Source: Macrostomum lignano (taxonomy: Eukaryota). From it: a stretch of 64,000 nucleotides of DNA. A program made the position numbers and the translations under genes. The first letter of the stretch is position 1. Each line of letters starts with the position of its first letter. Under the pieces are notes generated by a model. It saw nothing but the letters and a program-made list of their open reading frames with translations. It was not told the origin of the DNA and did no database searches. Where the stretch lies: the NCBI GenBank assembly GCA_002269645.1, contig NIVC01001164.1, positions 62,001 through 126,000 of the forward strand. Direction: 5' to 3'. Shown piece after piece: positions 50,653-64,000 of the stretch.

Positions 50653-51495
50653 CTCTCACTGTCACTGTCCCTCTCACTCTCCTTCTCACTCTCCCTCTCA
50701 CTCTCACTGTCACTCTCCCTCTCACTCTCCTTCTCACTCTCCCTCTCACTCTCATTCTCCCTCTCATTCTCCCTCTCACTCTCCCTCTCACTCATAGTCA
50801 GTCAGTCAGTCAGTCAGTCAGTCAGTCAGTCAGTCACCCACTCACTCAAGTCAGTCAGTCAGTCAGTCAGTCAGTCAGTCAGTCAGTCAGTCACCCACTC
50901 AAGTCAGTCAGTCAGTCAGTCAGTCAGTCAGTCAGTCAGTCAGTCAGTCAGTCAGTCAGTCAGTCAGTCAGTCAGTCAGTCAGTCAGTCAGTCAGTCAGT
51001 CACCCACTCACTCAAGTCAGTCAGTCAGTCAGTCAGTCAGTCAGTCAGTCAGTCAGTCAGTCAGTCAGTCACTCAGTCAGTCAGTCACCCACTCAAGTCA
51101 GTCAGTCAGTCAGTCAGTCAGTCAGTCAGTCAGTCAGTCAGTCAGTCAGTCAGTCAGTCAGTCAGTCAGTCAGTCACCCACTCAAGTCAGTCAGTCAGTC
51201 AGTCAGTCAGTCAGTCAGTCAGTCAGTCAGTCAGTCAGTCAGTCAGTCAGTCAGTCAGTCAGTCAGTCAGTCACCCACTCAAGTCAGTCAGTCAGTCAGT
51301 CAGTCAGTCAGTCAGTCAGTCAGTCAGTCAGTCAGTCAGTCAGTCAGTCAGTCAGTCAGTCAGTCAGTCAGTCAGTCAGTCAGTCAGTCAGTCACCCACT
51401 CAAGTCAGTCAGTCAGTCAGTCAGTCAGTCAGTCAGTCAGTCAGTCAGTCAGTCAGTCAGTCAGTCAGTCAGTCAGTCAGTCAGTCAGGCAGTCA
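50653..51495. repeat. CT-rich tract followed by (TCAG)n with CACCCACTC(ACTC)AAG interruptions
   Basis: Direct reading. Confidence 0.95.
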
Positions 51496-51853
51496 GACCT
51501 GAGCAAAAAGTCTGAGGAGAATGTAGCCACAGAGTCTAAGCAAGATAACACCTTACAAACTAGAGGGAGAGAGGGGGCGAAGAGGTGCCTGTCTTGATTT
51601 CTACAATTTAACGGCTACGAACCTCTTCAACCCTATCGCTTGGTCGCTGGGCGGTTCTCGCGATAGTGCACCTCTGCCCGTCCCTCACCCCTCAACGCCC
51701 TTGGTACGCTAACGCTTTTAAAAGCAGCAACGCAAAAGCAAAAGCAGTTCGCAAGTGCAAGCAAAGCACAGTTTGGAATTTTTTTTTCATATTTTGCAGA
51801 AATTTCTGCGCATTTTTGTCGGCAAATTTTCTGTTGTCGCATTCGCTTTGCAG

Positions 51854-52061
51854 CCTGGCCGGCCTCCCGCTGTGCGAGGGTGGCGGCCCGCCGTTGCCTA
51901 GCAACAACCCGGTAACCAGGCGGCGAACTCTTATCGTCACCAACGGCTCGCTGCTAAAGAATGCGGAACTGACTGCTCAGCTGAGCAGCCCCGATTTGAC
52001 GTTTGAGGATCAGCGTTGCTATGCTGTTGCTAAGGGAATCTCGAGTAGCCGACGGGATCGG
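51854..52061 (+). CDS. Probable internal exon, possibly part of the PHLDB-like gene
   Basis: TTTGCAG| acceptor and CGG|GTAAAG donor; only one frame is open (LAGLPLCEGGGPPLPSNNPVTRRRTLIVTNGS..). Confidence 0.4.
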
Positions 52062-52072
52062 GTAAAGGTCTT

Positions 52073-53012
52073 CTTTCTGCTCTCCACCCCATTCTCTCCG
52101 CTCTCTACCCCATTCTCTCTGCTCTCTACCCCATTCTCTCCGCTCTCTACCCCATTCTCTCTGCTCTCTACCCCATTCTCTCTGCTCTCTACCCAATTCT
52201 CTCCGCTCTCTACCCCATTCTCTCTGCTCTCTACCCCATTCTCTCTGCTCTCTACCCCATTCTCTCTGCTCTCTACCCCATTCTCTCTGCTCTCTACCCC
52301 ATTCTCTCTGCTCTCTACCCCATTCTCTCCGCTCTCTACCCCATTCTCTCTGCTCTCTACCCCATTCTCTCTGCTCTCTACCCCATTCTCTCTGCTCTCT
52401 ACCCCATTCTCTCTGCTCTCTACCCCATTCTCTCTGCTCTCTACTCCATTCTCTCTGCTCTCTACTCCATTCTCTCTGCTCTCTACCCCATTCTCTCTGC
52501 TCTCTACTCCATTCTCTCTGCTCTCCACCCAATTCTCTCTGCTCTCTACTCCATTCTCTCTGCTCTCTACTCCATTCTCTCTGCTCTCTACTCCATTCTC
52601 TCCGCTCTCTACCCCATTCTCTCTGCTCTTTACCCCATTCTCTCTGCTCTCCACTCCCTTTTCCGTGCTCTCTACCCCATTCTCTCTGCTCTCTACCCCA
52701 TTCTCTCTGCTCTCTACCCCATTCTCTCTGCTCTCCACTCCCTTTTCCGTGCTCTCTACCCCATTCTCTCTGCTCTCTACCCCATTCTCTCTGCTCTCCA
52801 CTCCCTTTTCCGTGCTCTCTACCCCATTCTCTCTGCTCTCTACCCCATTCTCTCTGCTCTCCACTCCCTTTTCCGTGCTCTCTACCCCATTCTCTCTGCT
52901 CTCTACCCCATTCTCTCTGCTCTCCACTCCCTTTTCCGTGCTCTCTACCCCATTCTCTCTGCTCTCTACCCCATTCTCTCTGCTCTCCACTCCCTTTTCC
53001 GTGCTCTCTACC
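52073..53012. repeat. 21-bp minisatellite
   Basis: Unit CTCTCTACCCCATTCTCTCTG. Confidence 0.95.
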
Positions 53013-53526
53013 CACGCTTCAAATATCTTCCTCATTTGTCCCGCCCTAAAATCCGAATGCCACTCTAAATAGCAATTTACGCAACCTTACCAATTTGATT
53101 TGCTTTACTACTTTGCATAACTCCGCATGCCAATCGGGGGTATTATCTACAACGTTATAGTAGGAAGTGAAGTAAAGAATTCAATCAGGACCTGCATGGT
53201 TCACCAACCCTCTCCCCCCAGAGTCACTGAAGTCTCTCGAACTTTTCTATTCTACGATTCCACTGAAAAAATACCGCACAGTTCACGGCTGTTTCCTGTT
53301 GACAGTTTCCTGCCTGGCAAAGCTTAGCTGGCTCTGGTGTTCCGCTTTGCACACTCTGCAACAATCCTTCCATTCCTGTTCTTCTTCTACTAGTCTTTTT
53401 TCTTCTGCTGCATACGCTCGTAGTGCAGAATCGGATTTTTGCTTTCTTTCGCAGCAACAGCTTTCAGTGTCTGCGGATTTGTGCGCGATTTTGCACGTCT
53501 GGCTTCACTAATTGCTGACAGACTTG

Positions 53527-54078
<552 letters not shown>

Positions 54079-54344
54079 TTAGCCTGACTCCCAGCAGTCA
54101 GTGCAGAGCTCAAGGTCATTTGGATGACGCAAATGACAAGAATCACACACTCTTGTGTTTATAAATCTGTTTACAGCAGCTGAACAGCACGTGCCCAATT
54201 AAGTATGCTGATGTCCATCACACAAGTCTGCTTCAAACTCTTAAACACAGCAACAGTAGCAGCATTTATGAGTCATAGAAATAAAAATATGTTTTGCTAG
54301 AGGCTGCTTTCATGGCTGGCAGCGAATAAAAAAACAGGGGGGGG

Positions 54345-57300
54345 GGGTAGGATAAGACAGAGGAGGGTAGCATAAGACAGAGGAGGGTGGGATAAGATAG
54401 AGGAGGGTAGGATAAGACAGAGGAGGGTAGGATAAGACAGAGGAGGGTAGGATAAGATAGAGGAGGGTATGATAAGACAGAGGAGGGTAGGATAAGACAG
54501 AGGAGGGTAGGAAAAGACAGAGGAGGGTATGATAAGATAGAGAAGGGTATGATAAGATAGAGGAGGGTATGATAAGATAGAGGAGGGTAGGAAAAGACAG
54601 AGGAGGGTAGAGTAAGATAGAGGAGGGTATGATAAGACAGAGGAGGGTAGAGTAAGATAGAGGAGGGTAGAAAAAGACAGAGGAGGGTAGGATAAGATAG
54701 AGGGTATGATAAGAAAGAGGAGGGTAGGATAAGACAGAGGAGGGTAGGAAAAGACAGAGGAGGGTATGATAAGATAGAGAAGGGTATGATAAGATAGAGG
54801 AGGGTATGATAAGATAGAGGAGGGTAGGAAAAGATAGAGGAGGGTAGGAAAAGACAGAGGAGGGTAGAGTAAGATAGAGGAGGGTATGATAAGATTGAGG
54901 AGGGTATGATAAGATAGAGGAGGGTAGGAAAAGACAGAGGAGGGTGGAGTAAGATAGAGTAGGGTAGAAAAAGACAGAGGAGGGTAGGATAAGATAGAGG
55001 AGGGTATGATAAGACAGAGGAGGGTAGGAAAAGACAGAGGAGGGTATGATAAGACAGAGGAGGGTAGAGTAAGATAGAGGAGGGTATGATAAGATAGAGG
55101 AGGGTATGATAAGATAGAGGAGGGTAGGAAAAGACAGAGGAGGGTAGAGTAAGATAGAGGAGGGTATGATAAGACAGAGGAGGGTAGAGTAAGATAGAGG
55201 AGGGTAGAAAAAGACAGAGGAGGGTAGGATAAGATAGAGGAGGGTATGATAAGACAGAGGAGGGTAGGATAAGACAGAGGAGGGTATGATAAGACAGAGG
55301 AGGGTAGAGTAAGATAGAGGAGGGTAGGAAAAGACAGAGGAGGGTAGAGTAAGATAGAGGAGGGTATGATAAGATAGAGGAGGGTATGATAAGATAGAGG
55401 AGGGTAGGAAAAGACAGAGGAGGGTAGAGTAAGATAGAGGAGGGTATGATAAGACAGAGGAGGGTAGAGTAAGATAGAGGAGGGTAGAAAAAGACAGAGG
55501 AGGGTAGGATAAGATAGAGGAGGGTGTGATAAGACAGAGGAGGGTAGGATAAGACAGAGGAGGGTATGATAAGACAGAGGAGGGTAGAGTAAGATAGAGG
55601 AGGGTAGGAAAAGACAGAGGAGGGTGGAGTAAGATAGAGGAGGGTAGAAAAAGATAGAGGAGGGTATGATAAGACAGAGGAGGGTAGGATAAGACAGAGG
55701 AGGGTAGGATAAGACAGAGGAGGGTAGGAAAAGACAGAGGAGGGTAAAGTAAGATAGAGGAGGGTATGATAAGACAGAGGAGGGTAGAGTAAGATAGAGG
55801 AGGGTAGAAAAAGACAGAGGAGGGTAGGATAAGATAGAGGAGGGTGTGATAAGACAGAGGAGGGTAGGATAAGACAGAGGAGGGTATGATAAGACAGAGG
55901 AGGGTAGAGTAAGATAGAGGAGGGTAGGAAAAGACAGAGGAGGGTGGAGTAAGATAGAGGAGGGTAGAAAAAGATAGAGGAGGGTATGATAAGACAGAGG
56001 AGGGTAGGATAAGACAGAGGAGGGTAGGATAAGACAGAGGAGGGTAGGAAAAGACAGAGGAGGGTAAAGTAAGATAGTGGAGGGTAGGAAAAGACAAAGG
56101 AGGGTAGGATAAGACAGAGGAGGGTAGGAAAAGACAGAGGAGGGTAGGATAATATAGAGGAGGGTAGGAAAAGACAGAGGAGGGTAGGATAAGACAGAGG
56201 AGGGTAGGATAAGACAGAGGAGGGTAGGATAAGACAGAGGAGGGTAGGATAATATAGAGGAGGGTAGGAAAAGACAGAGGAGGGTAGGATAAGACAGAGG
56301 AGGGTAGGATAAGACAGAGGAGGGTAGGATAAGACAGAGGAGGGTAGGATAAGATAGAGGAGGGTAGGATAAGGCAAATGAGGTGAGGCTACGCAGGCAT
56401 AAGATGGAAAATCAGTGACCTGGCAGACAGTAGCATTCAAGCAAACAACACAGAAGCTTAAAAATGTGACACCAGCTATGCCATAACGCTGGCAAGGTGC
56501 CAAATGACTCCATATCATGCGGTGCGGCAAAGCAAAGCAGTGCTGCGTAGTTAAGACACAGCCTTAGGGCTAGCAATTATTGCAGGCGTTGCTTTCGCCG
56601 CCTCATTGTAGAACGCTTTTGGAATCTTTCGGAAAGCTCTCATCGATCATGATTAATTGTGTAGCAACTATGCCAATATAAATTATTTATATAAGAACAA
56701 AAAGATAGAGGAGGGTATGATAAGACAGAGGAGGGTAGGATAAGACAAAGGAGGGTAGGATAAGACAGAGGAGGGTAAGAAAAGACAGAGGAGGGTAGGA
56801 TAAGATAGAGGAGGGTAGGATAATATAGAGGAGGGTAGGAAAAGACAGAGGAGGGTAGGATAAGACAGAGGAGGGTAGGATAAGACAGAGGAGGTTAGGA
56901 TAATATAGAGGAGGGTAGGAAAAGACAGAGGAGGGTAGGATAAGATAGAGGAGGGTAGGATAAGACAGAGGAGGGTAGGATAAGACAGAGGAGGGTAGGA
57001 TAAGACAGAGGAGGGTAGGATAAGACAGAGGAGGGTAAAGTAAGATAGAGGAGGGTATGATAAGACAGAGGAGGGTAGAGTAAGATAGAGGAGGGTAGAA
57101 AAAGACAGAGGAGGGTAGGATAAGATAGAGGAGGGTGTGATAAGACAGAGGAGGGTAGGATAAGACAGAGGAGGGTATGATAAGACAGAGGAGGGTAGAG
57201 TAAGATAGAGGAGGGTAGGAAAAGACAGAGGAGGGTGGAGTAAGATAGAGGAGGGTAGAAAAAGATAGAGGAGGGTATGATAAGACAGAGGAGGGTAGGA

Positions 57301-60300
57301 TAAGACAGAGGAGGGTAGGATAAGACAGAGGAGGTTAGGATAATATAGAGGAGGGTAGGAAAAGACAGAGGAGGGTAGGATAAGATAGAGGAGGGTAGGA
57401 TAAGACAGAGGAGGGTAGGATAAGATAGAGGAGGGTAGGATAAGACAGAGGAGGGTATGATAAGACAGAGGAGGGTAGGATAAGACAGAGGAGGGTAAGA
57501 AAGATAGAGGAGGGTAGGATAAGACAGAGGAGGGTAGGATAAGACAGAGGAGGGTAAGAAAGATAGAGGAGGGTAGGATAAGACAGAGGAGGGTAGGATA
57601 AGACAGAGGAGGGTAGGATAAGACAGAGGAGGGTAAGAAAGACATAGGAGGGTAGGATAAGGCAAATGAGGTGAGGCTACGCAAGCATAAGATGGAAAAT
57701 CAGTGACCTGGCAGACAGTAGCACCCAAGCAAACAACACAGAAGCTTAAAAATGTGACACCAGCTATGCCATAACGCTGGCAAGGTGCCAAATGACTCCA
57801 TATCATGCGGTGCGGCAAAGCAAAGCAGTGCTGCGTAGTTAAGACACAGCCTTAGGGCTAGCAATTATTGCAGGCGTTGCTTTCGCCGCCTCATTGTAGA
57901 ACGCTTTTGGAATCTTTCGGAAAGCTCTCATCGATCATGATTAATTGTGTAGCAACTATGCCAATATAAATTATTTATATAAGAACAAAAAGATAGAGGA
58001 GGGTATGATAAGACAGAGGAGGGTAGGATAAGACAAAGGAGGGTAGGATAAGACAGAGGAGGGTAAGAAAAGACAGAGGAGGGTAGGATAAGATAGAGGA
58101 GGGTAGGATAATATAGAGGAGGGTAGGAAAAGACAGAGGAGGGTAGGATAAGACAGAGGAGGGTAGGATAAGACAGAGGAGGTTAGGATAATATAGAGGA
58201 GGGTAGGAAAAGACAGAGGAGGGTAGGATAAGATAGAGGAGGGTAGGATAAGACAGAGGAGGGTAGGATAAGACAGAGGAGGGTAGGATAAGACAGAGGA
58301 GGGTAGGAAAAGACAGAGGAGGGTAAAGTAAGATAGAGGAGGGTATGATAAGACAGAGGAGGGTAGAGTAAGATAGAGGAGGGTAGAAAAAGACAGAGGA
58401 GGGTAGGATAAGATAGAGGAGGGTGTGATAAGACAGAGGAGGGTAGGATAAGACAGAGGAGGGTATGATAAGACAGAGGAGGGTAGAGTAAGATAGAGGA
58501 GGGTAGGAAAAGACAGAGGAGGGTGGAGTAAGATAGAGGAGGGTAGAAAAAGATAGAGGAGGGTATGATAAGACAGAGGAGGGTAGGATAAGACAGAGGA
58601 GGGTAGGATAAGACAGAGGAGGGTAGGAAAAGACAGAGGAGGGTAAAGTAAGATAGTGGAGGGTAGGAAAAGACAAAGGAGGGTAGGATAAGACAGAGGA
58701 GGGTAGGATAAGACAGAGGAGGGTAGGAAAAGACAGAGGAGGGTAAAGTAAGATAGAGGAGGGTATGATAAGACAGAGGAGGGTAGAGTAAGATAGAGGA
58801 GGGTAGAAAAAGACAGAGGAGGGTAGGATAAGATAGAGGAGGGTGTGATAAGACAGAGGAGGGTAGGATAAGACAGAGGAGGGTATGATAAGACAGAGGA
58901 GGGTAGAGTAAGATAGAGGAGGGTAGGAAAAGACAGAGGAGGGTGGAGTAAGATAGAGGAGGGTAGAAAAAGATAGAGGAGGGTATGATAAGACAGAGGA
59001 GGGTAGGATAAGACAGAGGAGGGTAGGATAAGACAGAGGAGGGTAGGAAAAGACAGAGGAGGGTAAAGTAAGATAGTGGAGGGTAGGAAAAGACAAAGGA
59101 GGGTAGGATAAGACAGAGGAGGGTAGGAAAAGACAGAGGAGGGTAGGATAAGATAGAGGAGGGTAGGATAATATAGAGGAGGGTAGGAAAGGACAGAGGA
59201 GGGTAGGATAAGACAGAGGAGGGTAGGATAAGACAGAGGAGGGTAGGATAATATAGAGGAGGGTAGGAAAAGACAGAGGAGGGTAGGATAAGACAGAGGA
59301 GGGTAGGATAAGACAGAGGAGGGTAGGATAAGACAGAGGAGGGTAGGATAATATAGAGGAGGGTAGGAAAAGACAGAGGAGGGTAGGATAAGACAGAGGA
59401 GGGTAGGATAAGACAGAGGAGGGTAGGATAAGACAGAGGAGGGTAGGATAAGATAGAGGAGGGTAGGATAAGGCAAATGAGGTGAGGCTACGCAGGCATA
59501 AGATGGAAAATCAGTGACCTGGCAGACAGTAGCATTCAAGCAAACAACACAGAAGCTTAAAAATGTGACACCAGCTATGCCATAACGCTGGCAAGGTGCC
59601 AAATGACTCCATATCATGCGGTGCGGCAAAGCAAAGCAGTGCTGCGTAGTTAAGACACAGCCTTAGGGCTAGCAATTATTGCAGGCGTTGCTTTCGCCGC
59701 CTCATTGTAGAACGCTTTTGGAATCTTTCGGAAAGCTCTCATCGATCATGATTAATTGTGTAGCAACTATGCCAATATAAATTATTTATATAAGAACAAA
59801 AAGATAGAGGAGGGTATGATAAGACAGAGGAGGGTAGGATAAGACAAAGGAGGGTAGGATAAGACAGAGGAGGGTAAGAAAAGACAGAGGAGGGTAGGAT
59901 AAGATAGAGGAGGGTAGGATAATATAGAGGAGGGTAGGAAAAGACAGAGGAGGGTAGGATAAGACAGAGGAGGGTAGGATAAGACAGAGGAGGTTAGGAT
60001 AATATAGAGGAGGGTAGGAAAAGACAGAGGAGGGTAGGATAAGATAGAGGAGGGTAGGATAAGACAGAGGAGGGTAGGATAAGATAGAGGAGGGTAGGAT
60101 AAGACAGAGGAGGGTATGATAAGACAGAGGAGGGTAGGATAAGACAGAGGAGGGTAAGAAAGATAGAGGAGGGTAGGATAAGACAGAGGAGGGTAGGATA
60201 AGACAGAGGAGGGTAAGAAAGATAGAGGAGGGTAGGATAAGACAGAGGAGGGTAGGATAAGACAGAGGAGGGTAGGATAAGACAGAGGAGGGTAAGAAAG

Positions 60301-60648
60301 ACATAGGAGGGTAGGATAAGGCAAATGAGGTGAGGCTACGCAAGCATAAGATGGAAAATCAGTAACCTGGCAGACAGTAGCACCCAAGCAAACAACACAG
60401 AAGCTTAAAAATGTGACACCAGCTATGCCATAACGCTGGCAAGGTGCCAAATGACTCCATATCATGCGGTGCGGCAAAGCAAAGCAGTGCTGCGTAGTTA
60501 AGACACAGCCTTAGGGCTAGCAATTATTGCAGGCGTTGCTTTCGCCGCCTCATTGTAGAACGCTTTTGGAATCTTTCGGAAAGCTCTCATCGATCATGAT
60601 TAATTGTGTAGCAACTATGCCAATATAAATTATTTATATAAGAACAAA
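54345..60648. repeat. Four arrays of a 20-bp purine-rich minisatellite alternating with four copies of a 329-bp non-repetitive segment
   Basis: Unit GGATAAGACAGAGGAGGGTA. The 329-bp segment lies at 56373-56701, 57661-57989, 59472-59800 and 60320-60648. Confidence 0.95.
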
Positions 60649-60668
60649 TTACAATTTGATTCCTGCAG

Positions 60669-63600
60669 TTGATGCAGCTCAGAGACTGTTCAAACTCTGA
60701 CAGCGAGGCGAGCCAAGGCGAGAGCAGCCCCGACCAGTTGAAGGCATTGGAAACGCGATTAGAGGAAGTTCAGACTCGAATGAGGCAGGTGAGGAAAAGT
60801 TGAAAGCATCGGGATCTGCTCAGTGTGGCTTTTAGCCCGAATAAACAACGTAGGTTGTATTGGATGACCTTGAAAAACAAATAGTGACCACACGAATCGA
60901 AGTATAGCCTTGAAAATCGTAATATGACTTTAAGAATCAAAGAGGAATGGCCATAAAAACTATAGAATGACCTTGAATTTTATTGAATGACCTTGAATTT
61001 TATTGAATGACCTTGAATTTTATTGAATGACCTTGAATTTTATTGAATGACCTTGAATTTTATTGAATGACCTTGAATTTTATTGAATGACCTTTAAATC
61101 TATTGAATGACCTTGAAAACCATTGAGTGACCTTGAATTTTCTTGAATGACCTTGAAATTTATTGAATGACCTTGAAAACTATTGAATGACCTTGAAATC
61201 TATAGAATGACCTCGAAATTTATTGAATGACCTTGAAAACTATGAAATGATCTTGAAAATTATAAATGACGATGAAAAGTATGGATTGACCTTGGAAACT
61301 ATTGAATGACCTTGAAAACTATTGAATGACCTTTAAATCTATAGAATGACCTTGAAATTTATTGAATGACCTTGAAAACTATGAAATTATCTTGAAAATT
61401 ATAAATGACGATAAAAAGTATGGATTGACCTTGAAAACTATTGAATGACCTTGAAAACTATTGAATGACCTTGAAAATTATAAATGACGATGAAAAGTAT
61501 GGAATGACCTTGGAAACTATTGATTGACCTTGAAAACTATTGAATGACCTTGAAAATCTTAGGATTCGTTTTAATAATGTCACTAAGCAAAAAGCTACTA
61601 AAATTATAAAATTAGCTCGTAAAAGTATTATAAATTTGTCAAATCGCGAAATTCGACACTATATCGACACCCCGACACGCCTGTGACCCCGAGACCAGCT
61701 GGAGGCGATCAGTCAAGAGCGCAGGGATCGACGCAGTTCGTTTGCGCAGGGCCGCGAGCTCCTATCTGTGGCGAAGCAGTGTTACGCTGAGCGAATGAAA
61801 GAGCTCGCCAACGAAAGAAAACAGGTAGGTTAATTGCATTCATTCAGTCTAGCCTATTCGAAGGTCGCTGCACGCACTCGCCAGCTAACGATATGTTGAG
61901 CAAGTAGTGTAACTAAGGGGCTTTTGCATTGGACAACAGCAGCACAATTTCTAAGCTTAGTTTTTAACCTCAGTTTTCAATTTCTCTGGCAGACAGAGCT
62001 ACTCCTGGAAGATGCGCGGTCATCTGTGCAGGCTCTGGAAGAGCAGCTGGAGCAGCTGCGCCAAAGTCCATCACCGCTAGATGAAGCTGATTACCATCAG
62101 TCGCTGAAGGTGATCGAAAAAAAACTGGAAGCTCAACAAAAAGTGTTTGAAGATCTGGAATTCATGGTTTGTGTACTCAATAATGTGACTCGATACTGAT
62201 TTCTTGAAGCTCTGGAGTAACTTTAAATTGGACTAATTTCGGTGGAAAAATTACTCATAACTTTCACGAGTTTCCTTTTTTCCTCTGCCTGCTGAGGAGC
62301 AAATTTACGAACATGCTACTGGCCACTAGTATTATGTTTTAGGTATTTTGCTGCAAAGACCTTTACCAAGTTTGTCTTGAATAAAACTCAAACAACACAA
62401 CTGAAGATCTGGGAGGGCTGTCAGGTAGCCCAGCAACTGAGGATCTGAGACGGGGGTGTCAGGTGGCCAGCAACTGAAGATCTTGGAGGGTTGTCAGGAG
62501 GCTTAAAAAATGAGGATCTGGGAGGGCTGTCAGGTGGACCAGCAACTGAGGATCTGGAAGGGTTGTCGAGTGGATCAGCAACTGAGGATCTGGGAGGGTT
62601 GTCAGGCGGCCTAGCAACTGAGGATCTGGGAGGGTTGTCAGGCGGCCCAGCAACTGAGGATCTGGGAGGGTTGTCAGGCGGCCCAGCAACTGAGAATCTG
62701 GGAGGGTTGTCGGGAGGCTTAAAAACTGAGGATCTGGGAGGGCTGTCAGGTGGACCAGCAACTGAGGATCTGGAAGGGTTGTCGAGTGGATCAGCAACTG
62801 AGGATCTGGGAGGGTTGTCAGATGGACCAGCAACTGAGGATCTGGGAGGGTTGTCAGGCGGCCCAGCAACTGAGGATCTGGGAGGGTTGTCAGGCGGCCC
62901 AGCAACTGAGGATCTGGGAGGGTTGTCGGGAGGCTTAAAAACTGAGGATCTGAGAGGGCTGTCAGGTGGACCAGCAACTGAGGATCTGGAAGGGTTGTCG
63001 AGTGGATCAGCAACTGAGGATCTGGGAGGGTTGTCAGATGGACCAGCAACTGAGGATCTGGGAGGGCTGTCAGGTGGACCAGCAACTGAGGATCTGGAAG
63101 GGTTGTCGAGTGGCCCAGCAACTGAGGATCTGGGAGGGTTGTCAGGCGGCCCAGCAACTGAGGATCAGTGAATCTCAGAGCCACACCCTGCACACCGTCA
63201 GGATCTGGAGCAGCAGGCCCGCGCAGACGAGGAGCGGGAGCAGCTGTTCCGCCAGCTGGTCAGCCACCAGGCCGGCCTTATCGCCGAATTTCGTAGCGTC
63301 GCCGCAGAATCGAGTGCCGACAGAGCGGGCGGCCCCGACGGCGAGAATGTCGACGGAGCGACGGCAGGCACCGACGACGCGGAGCTGCAGAAGCTGCGGG
63401 CAGAGCGGGAGCAGCTGCTGGATGCCATCGAGCTGGAGCGGCGGCGGCGGCTGCTGACCGCCCAATCTGCCGATTGCGGACTCGCCATCGACAACGGAGA
63501 TGAAGCCGTCGCTGCAGACGAGTCGTCGGACTCCAGCAGGTTGGGAGACTTCAGTCAGCAGGGCGGACTGCGGCAGCGGCAGCTTAGCCAGGGTCGGGCA

Positions 63601-63684
63601 CAGTCGAGCTCGCAGTTTCGGTCGGCTGGAAGGCCGCTGCAGCACGCGTTGTCAGAGGACAGCCTGCCTTCGGGCTTTAGCCAG
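60669..63684 (+). CDS. Internal coiled-coil exons of a PHLDB/LL5-like gene (60669-60788, 61699-61824, 61993-62166, 63202-63684); continues beyond the window
   Basis: All four exons are phase 0-0 with GT/AG sites. Spliced [16 protein letters not shown]|[15 protein letters not shown] resembles the PHLDB1/2 motif LE.E.KLFEDLEFQQLE.ESR.EEERE as I recall it. No PH domain in the window. Confidence 0.75.
60963..61556. repeat. 20-bp minisatellite (intronic)
   Basis: Unit TATTGAATGACCTTGAATTT. Confidence 0.93.
62405..63168. repeat. 36-bp minisatellite (intronic)
   Basis: Unit ACTGAGGATCTGGGAGGGTTGTCAGGCGGCCCAGCA. Confidence 0.93.
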
Positions 63685-63784
63685 GTGAGGATTGCACTGA
63701 GAGTCTCTGCCGTCGCTTGAGTATTTTGTTTTTAACTCATTTTTCTGGCCTTTGTTCTGTGGTCTTTTGACGCATTCTAATGGC

Positions 63785-64000
63785 GTACTGACACCCCATT
63801 CTGTAGTCTACTGACACATTTTTTCAGTCTACTGACACATTTCTGTAGTCTACTGACACCATTCTGTAGTCTACTGACACATTTCTGTAGTCTACTGACA
63901 CATCAATCTGTAGTCTACTGACACATCAATCTGTAGTCTACTGACACATTTCTGTAGTCTACTGACACATCAGTCTATAGTCTACTGACACATTTCTGTA
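63785..64000. repeat. About 21-bp minisatellite (intronic, runs off the edge)
   Basis: Unit TCTACTGACACATTTCTGTAG. Confidence 0.9.

Noticed and set aside
54345-60648. CRISPR-like repeat/spacer appearance (also the 38-, 44- and 46-bp arrays)
   Set aside because: Units are head-to-tail with no unique spacers, the 329-bp cassettes are copies of each other, there are no cas genes, and the DNA is eukaryotic.

Overview
Eukaryotic, intron-rich animal DNA. GC-rich poly-Gln exons, a minisatellite in most longer introns and an NPF-type neuropeptide gene suggest a flatworm such as Macrostomum (inference, not verified). Most long ORFs in the supplied track are translations of tandem repeats, not genes. 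Gene models reconstructed by hand from GT/AG sites and phase checks: a VLIG/GVIN1-type very large GTPase (minus strand, runs off the left edge, one in-frame TAG); a two-exon coiled-coil gene; FBXO36-like; a 798-aa single-exon Q-rich protein with FG-like repeats; an NPF precursor ending LRPRF-GKR; a DH-domain RhoGEF; a decayed intron-containing Crypton tyrosine recombinase; a complete 12-exon ionotropic glutamate receptor with atypical gate and ligand-pocket residues; a METTL27-like methyltransferase; and part of a PHLDB/LL5-like gene. Mobile DNA includes a MITE with an 8-bp target-site duplication, a tRNA-derived SINE nested inside a second SINE-like family, and a decayed USP-like relic. All family assignments come from remembered motifs; no searches were run.
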